DNA of 64,000 nucleotides, taken from IMG/VR virus record IMGVR_UViG_3300032087_005129; one strand, written 5' to 3'. The position numbers were made by a program, and so were the translations under genes. The notes beneath the pieces are model-generated. The model ran no database searches and was not told where the DNA came from. It saw only the letters and a list, made by a program, of their open reading frames with translations. Shown one piece after another: positions 1 to 9,514 of this stretch (its first letter is position 1; each line of letters begins with the position of its first letter). The stretch comes from a virus.

Positions 1-73
1 AAAATATTTCTTTGAAAAAAATGAACACGTTCTTCAATCAAGCATCAATGTTTTTTTTGAAGAACTTCTTGAT

Positions 74-1594
74 ATGTCTCAAGATGAATTTCGGCAGTGG
101 GTGATTGACTATCGTAAAACTATGCTTGAGTCTTGGGATAGATACGGTTGCCCGCCTCGATCTGGTGCAGACGAAAAGAAAATTGTAAAGTCTTTCAACT
201 CATTGTCATCGCACCCTGTTCACAAGTTTGAATACACAGACAAACTTGGCTGTTCGTTCGGTAAAAAGAACGATGTTATTCTCAACACAGCGAGAGCAGG
301 CACAGAAGTTGATCAATTCTTTCCGACTATGATGAAAGCAAGAATCAACTACAACATCAAAAGCGATGGTCACTCTGTATATGACATGTTTAACGATGAT
401 AAGTTTCTTGAGAGAATGGTCAAGGGTAGTCAACGACATTTCAAACGAGATAGTTTCTATCACTACAGCCACACAATGAAACTTGGTGATCCATCAAACA
501 TTATTAGTGCAGATAGTGGTTTTGATTTCTGTGAGAAGTGTTGTCAAAACAAAAAACTCATGGAGTCAATGGGTTACGATTATTGGATTAGTGAAAAAGA
601 AGAGTCTGAAGGATTGTCTACAGGCTATTATCAAATCGATCAATCAAAGCAACTCTCTCTGAGTGCTGAACAAGTCAAAGTATTGTATGATCGAGGTTGC
701 TTTACAGAACGAAACATTTCTAATATTGATGTGAATGATTTGAAAGCCGATCACGTTTACATTCTTCGTTTATTCAAACTTGGTCACAAGGTGTTTCCGA
801 AAGCGTTTACTGCATTCAAGATTGGTTACATTCAAGTCGCAGTAAACTTTCCGCCTATGACTGCAAAGTATCTCTATGAAAGGTTCACGGAACATGTCAA
901 AGATCAAGAAACTATTCGAATTTATGATCCGTCATCGGGCTGGGGCGGTCGTATTCTTGGTGCTATGTCCGTACGGGATGATCGTCGGATTCACTATATT
1001 GGCACAGATCCTAATCCAGAAAATCAGATCCCGAAAGAAGGCATAAGTCGCTACGACTATCTTGCCAACTTCTTCAACGAAAATACATATCGTGGCAATG
1101 GTGTATTCAGTCACTCGAATACATTTGAGACATTCGATGAGTGTGCCGAAGACATCAAGAACAATCCAGACTTTCAGAAGCACAAGGGTAAACTTGATCT
1201 TGTATTCACATCGCCCCCATACTTCAACCGTGAGGGCTACGCAGATGACGCTAAACAGTCGTATCAGCGTTATCCAGGCTATCAAGGGTGGGTAGACGGG
1301 TTCTTGCGACCAACGCTTGAGACGGCGGTTGAGTATCTGCGTCCGCAAAGATATCTTCTCTGGAACATTGCTGACATTCTGATGGGTAAAGAGTACATGC
1401 CACTCGAAGAAGACTCGAAGAAGATTCTTGAATCTCTCGGTATGGAGTACAAAGGTTTTCTTAAGATGGCAATGGCATCAATGCCTGGTCAAAACCGATT
1501 AGATGAAAACGGTATTCCCAAGTGCAAGAATTATTGTCAAGTGAAGGGGCAGTACCTTAAGTACGAGCCAGTGTTTGTTTTCTGGAAACCTTAA
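74..1594 (+). CDS. DNA methyltransferase (amino-methyltransferase, N4-C or N6-A); 5' end probably lies outside the window
   Basis: SAM-binding motif YDPSSGWGGR and catalytic motif FTSPPYF; the frame is open from base 2. Confidence 0.85.
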   Translation: MSQDEFRQWVIDYRKTMLESWDRYGCPPRSGADEKKIVKSFNSLSSHPVHKFEYTDKLGCSFGKKNDVILNTARAGTEVDQFFPTMMKARINYNIKSDGHSVYDMFNDDKFLERMVKGSQRHFKRDSFYHYSHTMKLGDPSNIISADSGFDFCEKCCQNKKLMESMGYDYWISEKEESEGLSTGYYQIDQSKQLSLSAEQVKVLYDRGCFTERNISNIDVNDLKADHVYILRLFKLGHKVFPKAFTAFKIGYIQVAVNFPPMTAKYLYERFTEHVKDQETIRIYDPSSGWGGRILGAMSVRDDRRIHYIGTDPNPENQIPKEGISRYDYLANFFNENTYRGNGVFSHSNTFETFDECAEDIKNNPDFQKHKGKLDLVFTSPPYFNREGYADDAKQSYQRYPGYQGWVDGFLRPTLETAVEYLRPQRYLLWNIADILMGKEYMPLEEDSKKILESLGMEYKGFLKMAMASMPGQNRLDENGIPKCKNYCQVKGQYLKYEPVFVFWKP

Positions 1595-2634
1595 CCCAAC
1601 TCATCTGGATCGTAAGGGTACATATAGTCGCTCAGATCATCAGGTGGTGGATCTTCACCCAATAGATATCTGATTAGAACACCAAATGGACCGTCATCGT
1701 TTTCGAATTGTGGCGCTGTGAAGTTTTCATAGAAACGTGTAAGGTCACGATACAACTCATCTCGAACGTCGCTAGGCATATCTACATTGTCTAGCAATTC
1801 AACTAAATTGCTAAACATATCTGTAAGTTGTGTTTGATATCTAATCATGTTTTCAAGAACACCGAGAATGTCGCCTTGTCTTATAGACAAGATAAGACTT
1901 TCACGAATGCCTTCAATGGCCTGTGACATTTGGGAAGCATCGCCTGGTAAACCAGAGAGTATAGTTTGAATGTTAGAGATGTAACTTAAAATCTCATCGT
2001 AATTGTCTGGTCGAGGTTGAAGATTCATAAAGGAATCTAAAAAATCATCCAAAGCAGCATTGTTCATAATAAAACTATTCCACCTTTGATCGACATCAAA
2101 ACTTATTTCCCAATTTACTTTAAGATTAAGTTCGTCATAACGTACACCAATACCATATCTCAAAGCAAGATATTGTAATAGATTTTCTTCGCCCATATCA
2201 CTATATTGCAACAGTATTCTAAAAATACTTTGTCCATCACCCACATTTGCAGGAACATCAGGTGAAGCAAAATCTAAGGCTCTTATGAAACGAAGAAGAT
2301 CATTGAGTAGTTGACTGCTAACTGATGGGGAATCCATTTGATTTGGATTTAAAAATTTAGAAAACTGCCGAAAGAATGCCGTCTTGATCGCACTATCTGG
2401 TTGATCTTGTAGAATAGTAGCAATCAGTTCTACCATGTCACGAAAGAAATCGCTTTGTGGAATTGTTATGTCAATTTCTGGAATAGGAACAAACTGTCCG
2501 GCTGGGGTTCTTCCTATTTTTGATGGTTTTGCTCCAGGACGAGGACGAATTGGTGTTGGTTTATCACCAAAAAATCTTCTCGGTGGTGGTATCATCTTTT
2601 CTTGTAAAAGCAATAGTCTTTGTTTCCAATGCAT
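1591..2634 (-). CDS. Hypothetical protein, paralog of 2661..3653; putative head-packaged protein
   Basis: Leader MHWKQRLLLLQE, Pro/Arg-rich segment, helical body; shares FYENFTAPQF with its neighbour. Confidence 0.8.
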   Translation of the reverse strand: MHWKQRLLLLQEKMIPPPRRFFGDKPTPIRPRPGAKPSKIGRTPAGQFVPIPEIDITIPQSDFFRDMVELIATILQDQPDSAIKTAFFRQFSKFLNPNQMDSPSVSSQLLNDLLRFIRALDFASPDVPANVGDGQSIFRILLQYSDMGEENLLQYLALRYGIGVRYDELNLKVNWEISFDVDQRWNSFIMNNAALDDFLDSFMNLQPRPDNYDEILSYISNIQTILSGLPGDASQMSQAIEGIRESLILSIRQGDILGVLENMIRYQTQLTDMFSNLVELLDNVDMPSDVRDELYRDLTRFYENFTAPQFENDDGPFGVLIRYLLGEDPPPDDLSDYMYPYDPDELG

Positions 2635-2660
2635 AGTTATGTTCCTAATAAATGGTAATA

Positions 2661-3653
2661 TTATCTGATAATCTCAAACTCAGGTGGCAAGTCTTCACCC
2701 ATTAGATATCTAATTAGAGCACCGAATGGTGTGTCAGGATCCCCAAATTGTGGCGCCGTAAAGTTTTCATAGAAAGTTTCTAAATTACGAATTACTTCTT
2801 CTCTAACGTCGGCGGGTAAATCTACGGTGTCAAGTAGATCAACCATATCACTCATCATGTCTGTAAGTTGTGCGTGATACCTAATCATATTTTCTAGAAT
2901 GCCAACTACATTACCTGAGTTGATAGATTCAAGAAGTTGATCTCGTATCACTCTCATCGCATCTGCATTTGCTCCTTCACCTCCAAGACCAAGTAGTATG
3001 CTTTGAAGATTGCCAAGTTCGTCAAAAATGTATCTTGGTGGTTCTGGTTCAATGCCTGCAAGATCCTCCATAATTTTGTTAAATGGACCATTTTCTCCGA
3101 TCCAACCCATCCAATCTCTGTACACATCAAATGTTATTTGAGCATTAATTTTGATATCGAGTCTTTCGACGGTGAGTCCGTAACGCAAGGCAAGAAACTG
3201 TAGTAGTTCTGCTGGATTCATATCGCTGTAACTGGTTATTAATTCAAGAAGTCTTGTTGGGTTTCCTAGATTTACTTGGACATCTGTGCCAAAATCTCCT
3301 AAAAGTCTTAGGTGTCTTAGAAGGTCATTTAATTGTTGACTGGTAATTTCTGATGAAGAGCCAGTGGATTTTATAAATTCAGAAAACTGACGGAAGAACG
3401 CCGTTTTTATTGGACTGTTTGGTTGATCTCTATAAATTTGAGCAATCAAACGAATCATGTCCCCAAAGAAACCACTTTGAGGAATTGTAGTGTCAATATC
3501 TGGAATAGGAACAAACTGGCCAGTTGGGGTTCTTCCCAATTTTGGTGGTTTTGGTCGAGGACCAGGACGAATCGGTGTCGGTCTTCCACCAAAATTTCTT
3601 GGTGGTGGTATCGTTACTTCTTGTAGTAGTAGTAGTCTTTGTTTCCAATGCAT
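2661..3653 (-). CDS. Hypothetical protein, paralog of 1591..2634; putative head-packaged protein
   Basis: Identical 12-aa leader and colinear similarity to 1591..2634. Confidence 0.8.
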   Translation of the reverse strand: MHWKQRLLLLQEVTIPPPRNFGGRPTPIRPGPRPKPPKLGRTPTGQFVPIPDIDTTIPQSGFFGDMIRLIAQIYRDQPNSPIKTAFFRQFSEFIKSTGSSSEITSQQLNDLLRHLRLLGDFGTDVQVNLGNPTRLLELITSYSDMNPAELLQFLALRYGLTVERLDIKINAQITFDVYRDWMGWIGENGPFNKIMEDLAGIEPEPPRYIFDELGNLQSILLGLGGEGANADAMRVIRDQLLESINSGNVVGILENMIRYHAQLTDMMSDMVDLLDTVDLPADVREEVIRNLETFYENFTAPQFGDPDTPFGALIRYLMGEDLPPEFEIIR

Positions 3654-3655
3654 AG

Positions 3656-4027
3656 TTATAATCCTATTTGATCACCAATATTTATTCCAATTGTGTCAGC
3701 AACTCCTGAGTTTAGTTCTATTGCGTACATGATTGGTCTGTCAATTGGGTAGTCTGATTGTGTTCGATGATACATGGTTTGTTTGTCAACGACGTAGCCG
3801 TTTGAGTCAAGGCCAAGAATATCTAAATCCATTTTGCAGTTTTTCATCGTGAAACTTCTTGGTTGCTCTTCAGGAAAAACAAAAAGCATACCTCGATTCT
3901 TTGGCATACTTTTTCTAAACATTAAACCGAGTCTTTGCGACGTATCTGTAAGTGCAAGATCAAGAATAAAGTCATAATTCTTAATCTTCATCAAAACTTT
4001 TTTAAGTGGTTTAAAGTAAGATTTCAT
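3656..4027 (-). CDS. DUF192-family protein
   Basis: GLMFR...GMLFVF...F.MKN...LDI...YAIELNSG pattern. Confidence 0.85.
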   Translation of the reverse strand: MKSYFKPLKKVLMKIKNYDFILDLALTDTSQRLGLMFRKSMPKNRGMLFVFPEEQPRSFTMKNCKMDLDILGLDSNGYVVDKQTMYHRTQSDYPIDRPIMYAIELNSGVADTIGINIGDQIGL

Positions 4028-5091
4028 TATATGATATATTCTAAATTTCGAATAAACTTCAACAGTGTAATTATTTGCATTAGTGCATTTAGAGTAAATG
4101 AATCTAAATTACTATCTTTTGCGGGAATCAATTGACCAGTTTTAAGAGATATACGAAAATGCCCCCGGTCTTCTAGTATTTTAATCAAATCATCAACATC
4201 ACCTCCGCTGTTAACCCACTCTGCATATTGATTGCCCAGACCTGCTTCAAGAAAATTACTAAACATGTCATTTCTTCTGATGATTGTCAATGCTGAATCA
4301 TAATTGAAAAATCTTCGTCTTAAATTGTCAATATCTTCTTCGGTAAATCCTAAATCTAAAAGTTCTTGTGGATATCTATCTGAGCCAGTGAATGATCCTC
4401 GTAATAAGGCTTCTATTAACTCTTGCATTGTAAAATCACCTAGAATATCAAAGTTTATATCTCGTCTTATCGTTCCGAAGAAAAGGTTTAAAATAAAACC
4501 AAACTCACCATCTTCATTAATAAAACCTAAACCTCCTGAATACAATTCTAGGTAAGAAAGAAGTTGTGAAATAAAGTCTAGATTAGAAGAAGGATTAATC
4601 AAAAACAAAAGACGTTTTAATAGCAAATCAAACTCTGCTACCTGTGCCTTTGTCATATTCATACCAGCAACAGCATACGGAGATGGCTTGTCGGTTGCCG
4701 CCCTTGTTGGCTGTTTCACAATAAGTTCTATAAGTATCTCTGCAACTGCATCGGCTCTACCGGCATCAAAAGAAAGTGCTAATGCAATCGCCCGCAACTG
4801 CTCTGGTGTAAAAAGTTGTCCAAGACGAACAGTAATTTCTGGTTCACCTACACCAAGCGCCACTAGTCTTTCTAAAAATGTTGTACCATTAATACTGTAT
4901 CCAAGAATAACCCAATAAGGAGAATTTGAACCACCTGAACCATCTGGCATTGACATTCTTTCTGGAGGAGCAATGACTGGTGAATCAGTCGCAAATTTTT
5001 TAGTTGCTTGTGTTTTGGTTAAACCAATTCCAGTATCTTTTGCGATCTGATTTTTAATTATTTGCTCTAATAGTTTTTTTGCTTTTTTCAA
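4027..5091 (-). CDS. Hypothetical helical protein (TTG start uncertain)
   Basis: 354-aa ORF in the minus-strand operon; AGGA upstream of TTG. Confidence 0.7.
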   Translation of the reverse strand: MKKAKKLLEQIIKNQIAKDTGIGLTKTQATKKFATDSPVIAPPERMSMPDGSGGSNSPYWVILGYSINGTTFLERLVALGVGEPEITVRLGQLFTPEQLRAIALALSFDAGRADAVAEILIELIVKQPTRAATDKPSPYAVAGMNMTKAQVAEFDLLLKRLLFLINPSSNLDFISQLLSYLELYSGGLGFINEDGEFGFILNLFFGTIRRDINFDILGDFTMQELIEALLRGSFTGSDRYPQELLDLGFTEEDIDNLRRRFFNYDSALTIIRRNDMFSNFLEAGLGNQYAEWVNSGGDVDDLIKILEDRGHFRISLKTGQLIPAKDSNLDSFTLNALMQIITLLKFIRNLEYII

Positions 5092-5134
5092 AACACAAGT
5101 CCTATTTTTTTATTTTTTTGTATCTTAGTTATTA

Positions 5135-6223
5135 TCAAAATTCTCGAACTTTTTTGTAGTGTCTAAGATAAAACTTTAGAATTAGTGTTAGTTGTCCATT
5201 GATTGTTTCGGTAGGTCTTCTATCATTCACGAAAAATTCGGGCATTACGTTTGCCACGATTCTATCAATTTCTTCACTTGGAAGATCTAAAGATTCAAGA
5301 TACGTTTTAAGTTGGGTACTCACATGCTGTTCATATTGAGCAAATATGGCTTGAAGTTCTGCCATTTTTGCCATCAATGCAGTTAACTCAAAGTCTTCCC
5401 CATTAGCAAACCCAAGTTTAATTTCTTCAATCACTGTTCGAAGTTTTGTTAAAAGTTCTTGGTCTCCACCAAAAAATCTGTTAAGTCCTCCTGATCTCAC
5501 TATTTCTCTTAGTCTTCTGCGAGTCACATCAAAGGTTATGTACGGATTTATTTCTTGAATTGCCGCTACCATTGAATTCACAATGTCGAGTTCCCAATCC
5601 ATTAAACCAAAACTAGATCCACCATACAGTTTTGAGCCTTGAAGGCCAAACAATTCCAGTATATCTTCAAAAGAGTTGTCTTCTGAAAATATACCTCTAA
5701 GTCTGTTAATCCACTCACCTTGAGAGCCTCTTAACTCATCAAAAAGTGTTGAAACTGGCAAAAATCTACCTCTAGCAAGCATATCTGATGGGCTAAGCAT
5801 ACCTCTTTGAAACTTCAGTATTGTTTCAATTATTAGATACCAACTTGGAATTTGTCGTTGACCTGTTTTACTTGTAAAAAGGTCTAAAATTCTATTACCT
5901 AATTGTGTATTTCCAGCATACTTTTGAACCCATCTTTGAATATTTTTTGACCACTCTCTTGGTGGAAAAAAGGGACCGTCGCCTAAGATTTCGAGCAAAT
6001 CATCAAGAGCCCTTCTTGGTGGGGGAATCATTATTGCAGGAAGGTTTCCACCTGGAAGTGGCATAAGAAATTCCATTTCACCTGGCTCTCCCATACCTTT
6101 CATACCTTTACCCATGCGAGGTTTAGTCATACCGATCTCAGCAGGTCTTCCGCCTAGATCCATTCTTGCTTGCTCAAAGAGCCAGTTTGTGTATTGTTCT
6201 TTTGATACGTCTTCAGGTCTCAT
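5135..6223 (-). CDS. Hypothetical protein with IPPPRR motif
   Basis: 362-aa ORF; WLFEQ site, then a Gly/Met/Pro-rich segment and IPPPRR as in 1591..2634. Confidence 0.75.
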   Translation of the reverse strand: MRPEDVSKEQYTNWLFEQARMDLGGRPAEIGMTKPRMGKGMKGMGEPGEMEFLMPLPGGNLPAIMIPPPRRALDDLLEILGDGPFFPPREWSKNIQRWVQKYAGNTQLGNRILDLFTSKTGQRQIPSWYLIIETILKFQRGMLSPSDMLARGRFLPVSTLFDELRGSQGEWINRLRGIFSEDNSFEDILELFGLQGSKLYGGSSFGLMDWELDIVNSMVAAIQEINPYITFDVTRRRLREIVRSGGLNRFFGGDQELLTKLRTVIEEIKLGFANGEDFELTALMAKMAELQAIFAQYEQHVSTQLKTYLESLDLPSEEIDRIVANVMPEFFVNDRRPTETINGQLTLILKFYLRHYKKVREF

Positions 6224-6492
6224 TCTGATCTCTCCAATTGTCTACGGATCCATGCAATGTCTGTTTTAATTTCAGCCAGATCAGTAAGAATACGAGTCTG
6301 TGCTGTTTCTGTTTCTTGAATTCTTTGAACCGCGTCATTCAAATCTTCTTCAAGATTCGTGATGCGATTGTCATATGATGTGTTGAGTGAACTTGCTGTC
6401 CATACAAAACCAAGAATCGTAAGCACCCATGTTGTAGATAGGCCAATAATTAGTGGTTTGTGTTCTTGAATCTTAGTTTTTGCTGTGGGCAT
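6220..6492 (-). CDS. Small membrane-anchored coiled-coil protein (hemolysin XhlA/holin-like architecture)
   Basis: One TM helix followed by heptad repeats; AGGAGG RBS; late promoter upstream. Confidence 0.7.
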   Translation of the reverse strand: MPTAKTKIQEHKPLIIGLSTTWVLTILGFVWTASSLNTSYDNRITNLEEDLNDAVQRIQETETAQTRILTDLAEIKTDIAWIRRQLERSE

Positions 6493-6512
6493 CTAGTCGC
6501 CTCCTGTTCTTG

Positions 6513-6520
6513 TATTTATA
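6513..6520 (-). promoter_or_regulatory. T4-type late promoter TATAAATA
   Basis: Exact match just downstream of a terminator. Confidence 0.8.
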
Positions 6521-6552
6521 AAAAAAGAGCCGCCCGATTGGCGACTCTTTTC
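6521..6552 (-). terminator. Intrinsic terminator
   Basis: GAGCCGCC/GGCGACTC hairpin with an A-tract (U-tract on the minus strand). Confidence 0.7.
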
Positions 6553-6573
6553 ATGCTTAAATTTTTAGCGAAT

Positions 6574-7107
6574 TTACATAGGTGGTTGCATTCCGCCACC
6601 AAAACCGCCGCCTGGTCCTTGTTGAATGCCAGGTCTGTTTGCTTGACGCGAAGGACGAGCAAAGTTTGTTCCTGGTCTAATCGTTGAACGTTGAGGTGGT
6701 CGAGGTCCTGCTGGTTGACCACCAGGATTCGGCACTCCAAAGAATTGACCAAGAGCATCAAAGTCAAATTCAACTGTTGGGGGGTTTGTTCTTGCTACAA
6801 CAAGGAATGGTGAGCCATCCATGATATTAATGAAAACGCCACTTGGCAATTGAAGAAGACCAGGAGAACCCTGTCTTATTGTATAATTTATTAAGGCACC
6901 ATATGTGTTGTTTTCACCAAGAAGGCTCAGAATAAACGTATAGTCGTTGAAGTCGAGTGTTCCGTTTCCACCAATTGTTGTTGTTGTGCCACCAGGTGCA
7001 CCACCACCGAATTGTTCTGAAAGATGTGTTGTCTCTTCAAGACCGGCAGCGTATCCTTTTGCATACGCTTCATTAATTCTTTTTTGTAATCGATTATCTC
7101 TGCTCAT
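6574..7107 (-). CDS. Gly/Pro/Arg-rich hypothetical protein with EAY.KGY leader and a dockerin-like motif
   Basis: RINEAYAKGY leader; GNGTLDFNDYTFILSLLG; AATAAATA at 7132..7139 upstream. Confidence 0.75.
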   Translation of the reverse strand: MSRDNRLQKRINEAYAKGYAAGLEETTHLSEQFGGGAPGGTTTTIGGNGTLDFNDYTFILSLLGENNTYGALINYTIRQGSPGLLQLPSGVFINIMDGSPFLVVARTNPPTVEFDFDALGQFFGVPNPGGQPAGPRPPQRSTIRPGTNFARPSRQANRPGIQQGPGGGFGGGMQPPM

Positions 7108-7140
7108 TTTTAACTCCTAGGAAGATAAACTTATTTATTT

Positions 7141-7746
7141 TTACATGATTTTTGACACATGCTGATAGATTCGAGCAGAGCATTTTTCATGCGGTTTACA
7201 TCGAAATGTTTTAGGCATCATTTCTGGATCAATCAAAGTAGACCACCTTGCTTTTGGCCATCTTTTTTCTTGAAACGAAACCCAATGTGAGTACAAATAT
7301 GCATTTGCACGAACACGAAAGGTATTTATCTCATTCTGACACTGAAGAAGGCCATACTCTTGTAGCAATTTTTCTGTTCGAATTTCGCAGTCTCGTTCCA
7401 TTTCGATTACTTTTTTCATTGCATCAAAAGCAAGATCTTTATCATCATGTATACCATTCACCCATTCGAGAAATACCATACATGGACATCGACCGTCTTC
7501 TGTTTTTGCTGTGTATTTTGGCTCACCTTCAAGCCACTGACACATGTGGCAGTATTCATGTGCAAGTGTTTGCACCCACTTGCTTGATTTTTTTGCCACT
7601 ACGAGAGATGTCTCATCGAAATAGCCTGATGCTCTGCAACGCTCACCTGTATTTACTGCCTGGTGATTAGAAAGAACAAAGCGAATGCCGTGTTCTTTGC
7701 ATTCGCTTCGTACATAATCGATGAGTTTTTTCTCTTCTGAGAGCAT
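7141..7746 (-). CDS. Zincin-like HExxH metallopeptidase-domain protein
   Basis: LAHEYCHMCQW plus downstream E.DCE. Confidence 0.7.
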   Translation of the reverse strand: MLSEEKKLIDYVRSECKEHGIRFVLSNHQAVNTGERCRASGYFDETSLVVAKKSSKWVQTLAHEYCHMCQWLEGEPKYTAKTEDGRCPCMVFLEWVNGIHDDKDLAFDAMKKVIEMERDCEIRTEKLLQEYGLLQCQNEINTFRVRANAYLYSHWVSFQEKRWPKARWSTLIDPEMMPKTFRCKPHEKCSARIYQHVSKIM

Positions 7747-7754
7747 ATAATTAT

Positions 7755-8861
7755 TTATGTTTGGCGATCACCTTTTGCAACAGCATCACCAGATCTGTTG
7801 AAGTTGATCATTGTTTGTACTTCAAAGAATTCTTTTGGCAGTTTACCCTTCAAAACATCGATTAACACAGAGGGAACTCTAAGTTTACAGTCAAATGGCC
7901 TTTTGCCAACACGAAGAGATTCGTACTCTTCTTTGCCAACAGATTCGAGTGAATAACGATTAAGCAATTCTGAACTAAACACAAAGTCATCTGGTGTGTA
8001 ATCAATCTCTATGATGATTGGTATTCCTCTTTTTAGAAAAAGATCAACCATCGCAGACTGATATGATTTTTTGTCACGATTGATCAAAGCCTTGAAGTAT
8101 TTCTTGAACAAAGGCATCGATGCTTTTCCTGTTGGTGTCAAAATTGGATATTCTTTCTTCAATTGCTGCAACTCATCCCACCGCCCATAAGATTGATGAA
8201 ACATTTTCCACAAACGCTCTCCTGCATTTGGTAAGTGTGCCTTATTAGTGTTGAATTTTGCTATGGTGTTTTCGTTGTGAACACGAAAAGCGTTATCGAT
8301 GTTTACAGAGGCACCTGCGATTGCACCAGAAAACTCTAGAGCAATTTCTTCTGATATAGTCCAACTTTCAAGTTCTCGTTTCGGTGTGTATCTAAATTTT
8401 TTGACTGCGGTGTTGCCTTCGATTTTGAACTTTGATGGATCACGAAAAAGTTTCATTACATTTTTTCTCATTTTTTCATCGACGCCATATTCTGACATCA
8501 CAATATTTTCCATATTGATACCACGATACAAAACTTTTGATTCTGGAATCAAGTCTTGAGGAAAAACATTTCTAAACTTTTGAAATATGTTGAAGAATGA
8601 AGATGGAAATTTCAAATCGTTGTGACGAACCCATATGTTCATAACATACTCGAAGTAGTCTTCAATGGGTGTGTTTCTTTCTTTGTCTCTTTTGAGTTCA
8701 CCAAAAAAGATTTTACCAAATGCTTCACGAAAATCTTTCTCCGTTTTGATCAGAGATAAAACTTCTTTTGCGGCTTTACTATCCCGAATCTTTGTTAATG
8801 GACTTGCATAGTCGGCTTCAGGATCATAATCATCAGTTAGATAATTGAAGAATTTTTTCAT
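7755..8861 (-). CDS. Putative ADP-ribosyltransferase-fold protein (Alt-like), likely head-packaged
   Basis: LYRG ... ESWT ... EEYE matches the R-S-E ART signature; leader MKKFFNYL. Confidence 0.55.
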   Translation of the reverse strand: MKKFFNYLTDDYDPEADYASPLTKIRDSKAAKEVLSLIKTEKDFREAFGKIFFGELKRDKERNTPIEDYFEYVMNIWVRHNDLKFPSSFFNIFQKFRNVFPQDLIPESKVLYRGINMENIVMSEYGVDEKMRKNVMKLFRDPSKFKIEGNTAVKKFRYTPKRELESWTISEEIALEFSGAIAGASVNIDNAFRVHNENTIAKFNTNKAHLPNAGERLWKMFHQSYGRWDELQQLKKEYPILTPTGKASMPLFKKYFKALINRDKKSYQSAMVDLFLKRGIPIIIEIDYTPDDFVFSSELLNRYSLESVGKEEYESLRVGKRPFDCKLRVPSVLIDVLKGKLPKEFFEVQTMINFNRSGDAVAKGDRQT

Positions 8862-9187
8862 CGCATTTTCTTTTTGAGATTTGTGAACTTTCTTTTGACT
8901 GATGGTGTCTTCATTTCTTTTTCAACGGCTGTGATTGCATCGACGAACAAACGAACGATACCATCGTCGCTCATTTCTCGTGCAAGGTAATCTGTATCAC
9001 CTTTCTTTTCAAGCCGATCAGCAAGATTGCGAAGTCTTTTTGCGACCTGACTGTTCAATGTTTTGAGTGTCATTGAACCATATCCACGAACAAGAATGTT
9101 AGGATTGTCTACGTCACCGATGTTGCTGAAGTCTATTCTTCCTGCTGGTTGACTTTGTTCGTAGAGGTAGTTGTAGAAGTCTTTCAT
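8858..9187 (-). CDS. Hypothetical protein with capsid-targeting-like leader
   Basis: MKDFYNYLYE resembles T4 IPII/IPIII MKTYQEFIAE. Confidence 0.75.
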   Translation of the reverse strand: MKDFYNYLYEQSQPAGRIDFSNIGDVDNPNILVRGYGSMTLKTLNSQVAKRLRNLADRLEKKGDTDYLAREMSDDGIVRLFVDAITAVEKEMKTPSVKRKFTNLKKKMR

Positions 9188-9504
9188 TTGTTCTTTTCTT
9201 TCGTTATCTTTTTCATCTTTTCAATGTACTTTCGATACACAGCGGCTTCTTCTTTCTTGCCCATCACCTTTGCTCTTTGTTCCATGGCGATTGCTGCTTG
9301 AATTTTATGAGCATGTGTTCGATTTGATGACTCAATTTTTTTGACTGATGCTTCGGCGGTTTTTACATCTTTAAACCCAAGACCGTGAATTGTTCCTTTT
9401 GGATTTTCGTCAGTGTAAAGATCGCTGTGAGTATCAGGGTCTTGATTCTTACGAGTCTTGGGTATACGCTTGCCTTCATCAAAATATTCTAGAAATGATT
9501 TCAT
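9184..9504 (-). CDS. Conserved phage hypothetical protein with capsid-targeting-like leader
   Basis: MKSFLEYFDE; SDLYTDENPKGTIHGLGFKD module. Confidence 0.75.
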   Translation of the reverse strand: MKSFLEYFDEGKRIPKTRKNQDPDTHSDLYTDENPKGTIHGLGFKDVKTAEASVKKIESSNRTHAHKIQAAIAMEQRAKVMGKKEEAAVYRKYIEKMKKITKEKNK

Positions 9505-9514
9505 GCGTGTGTCT

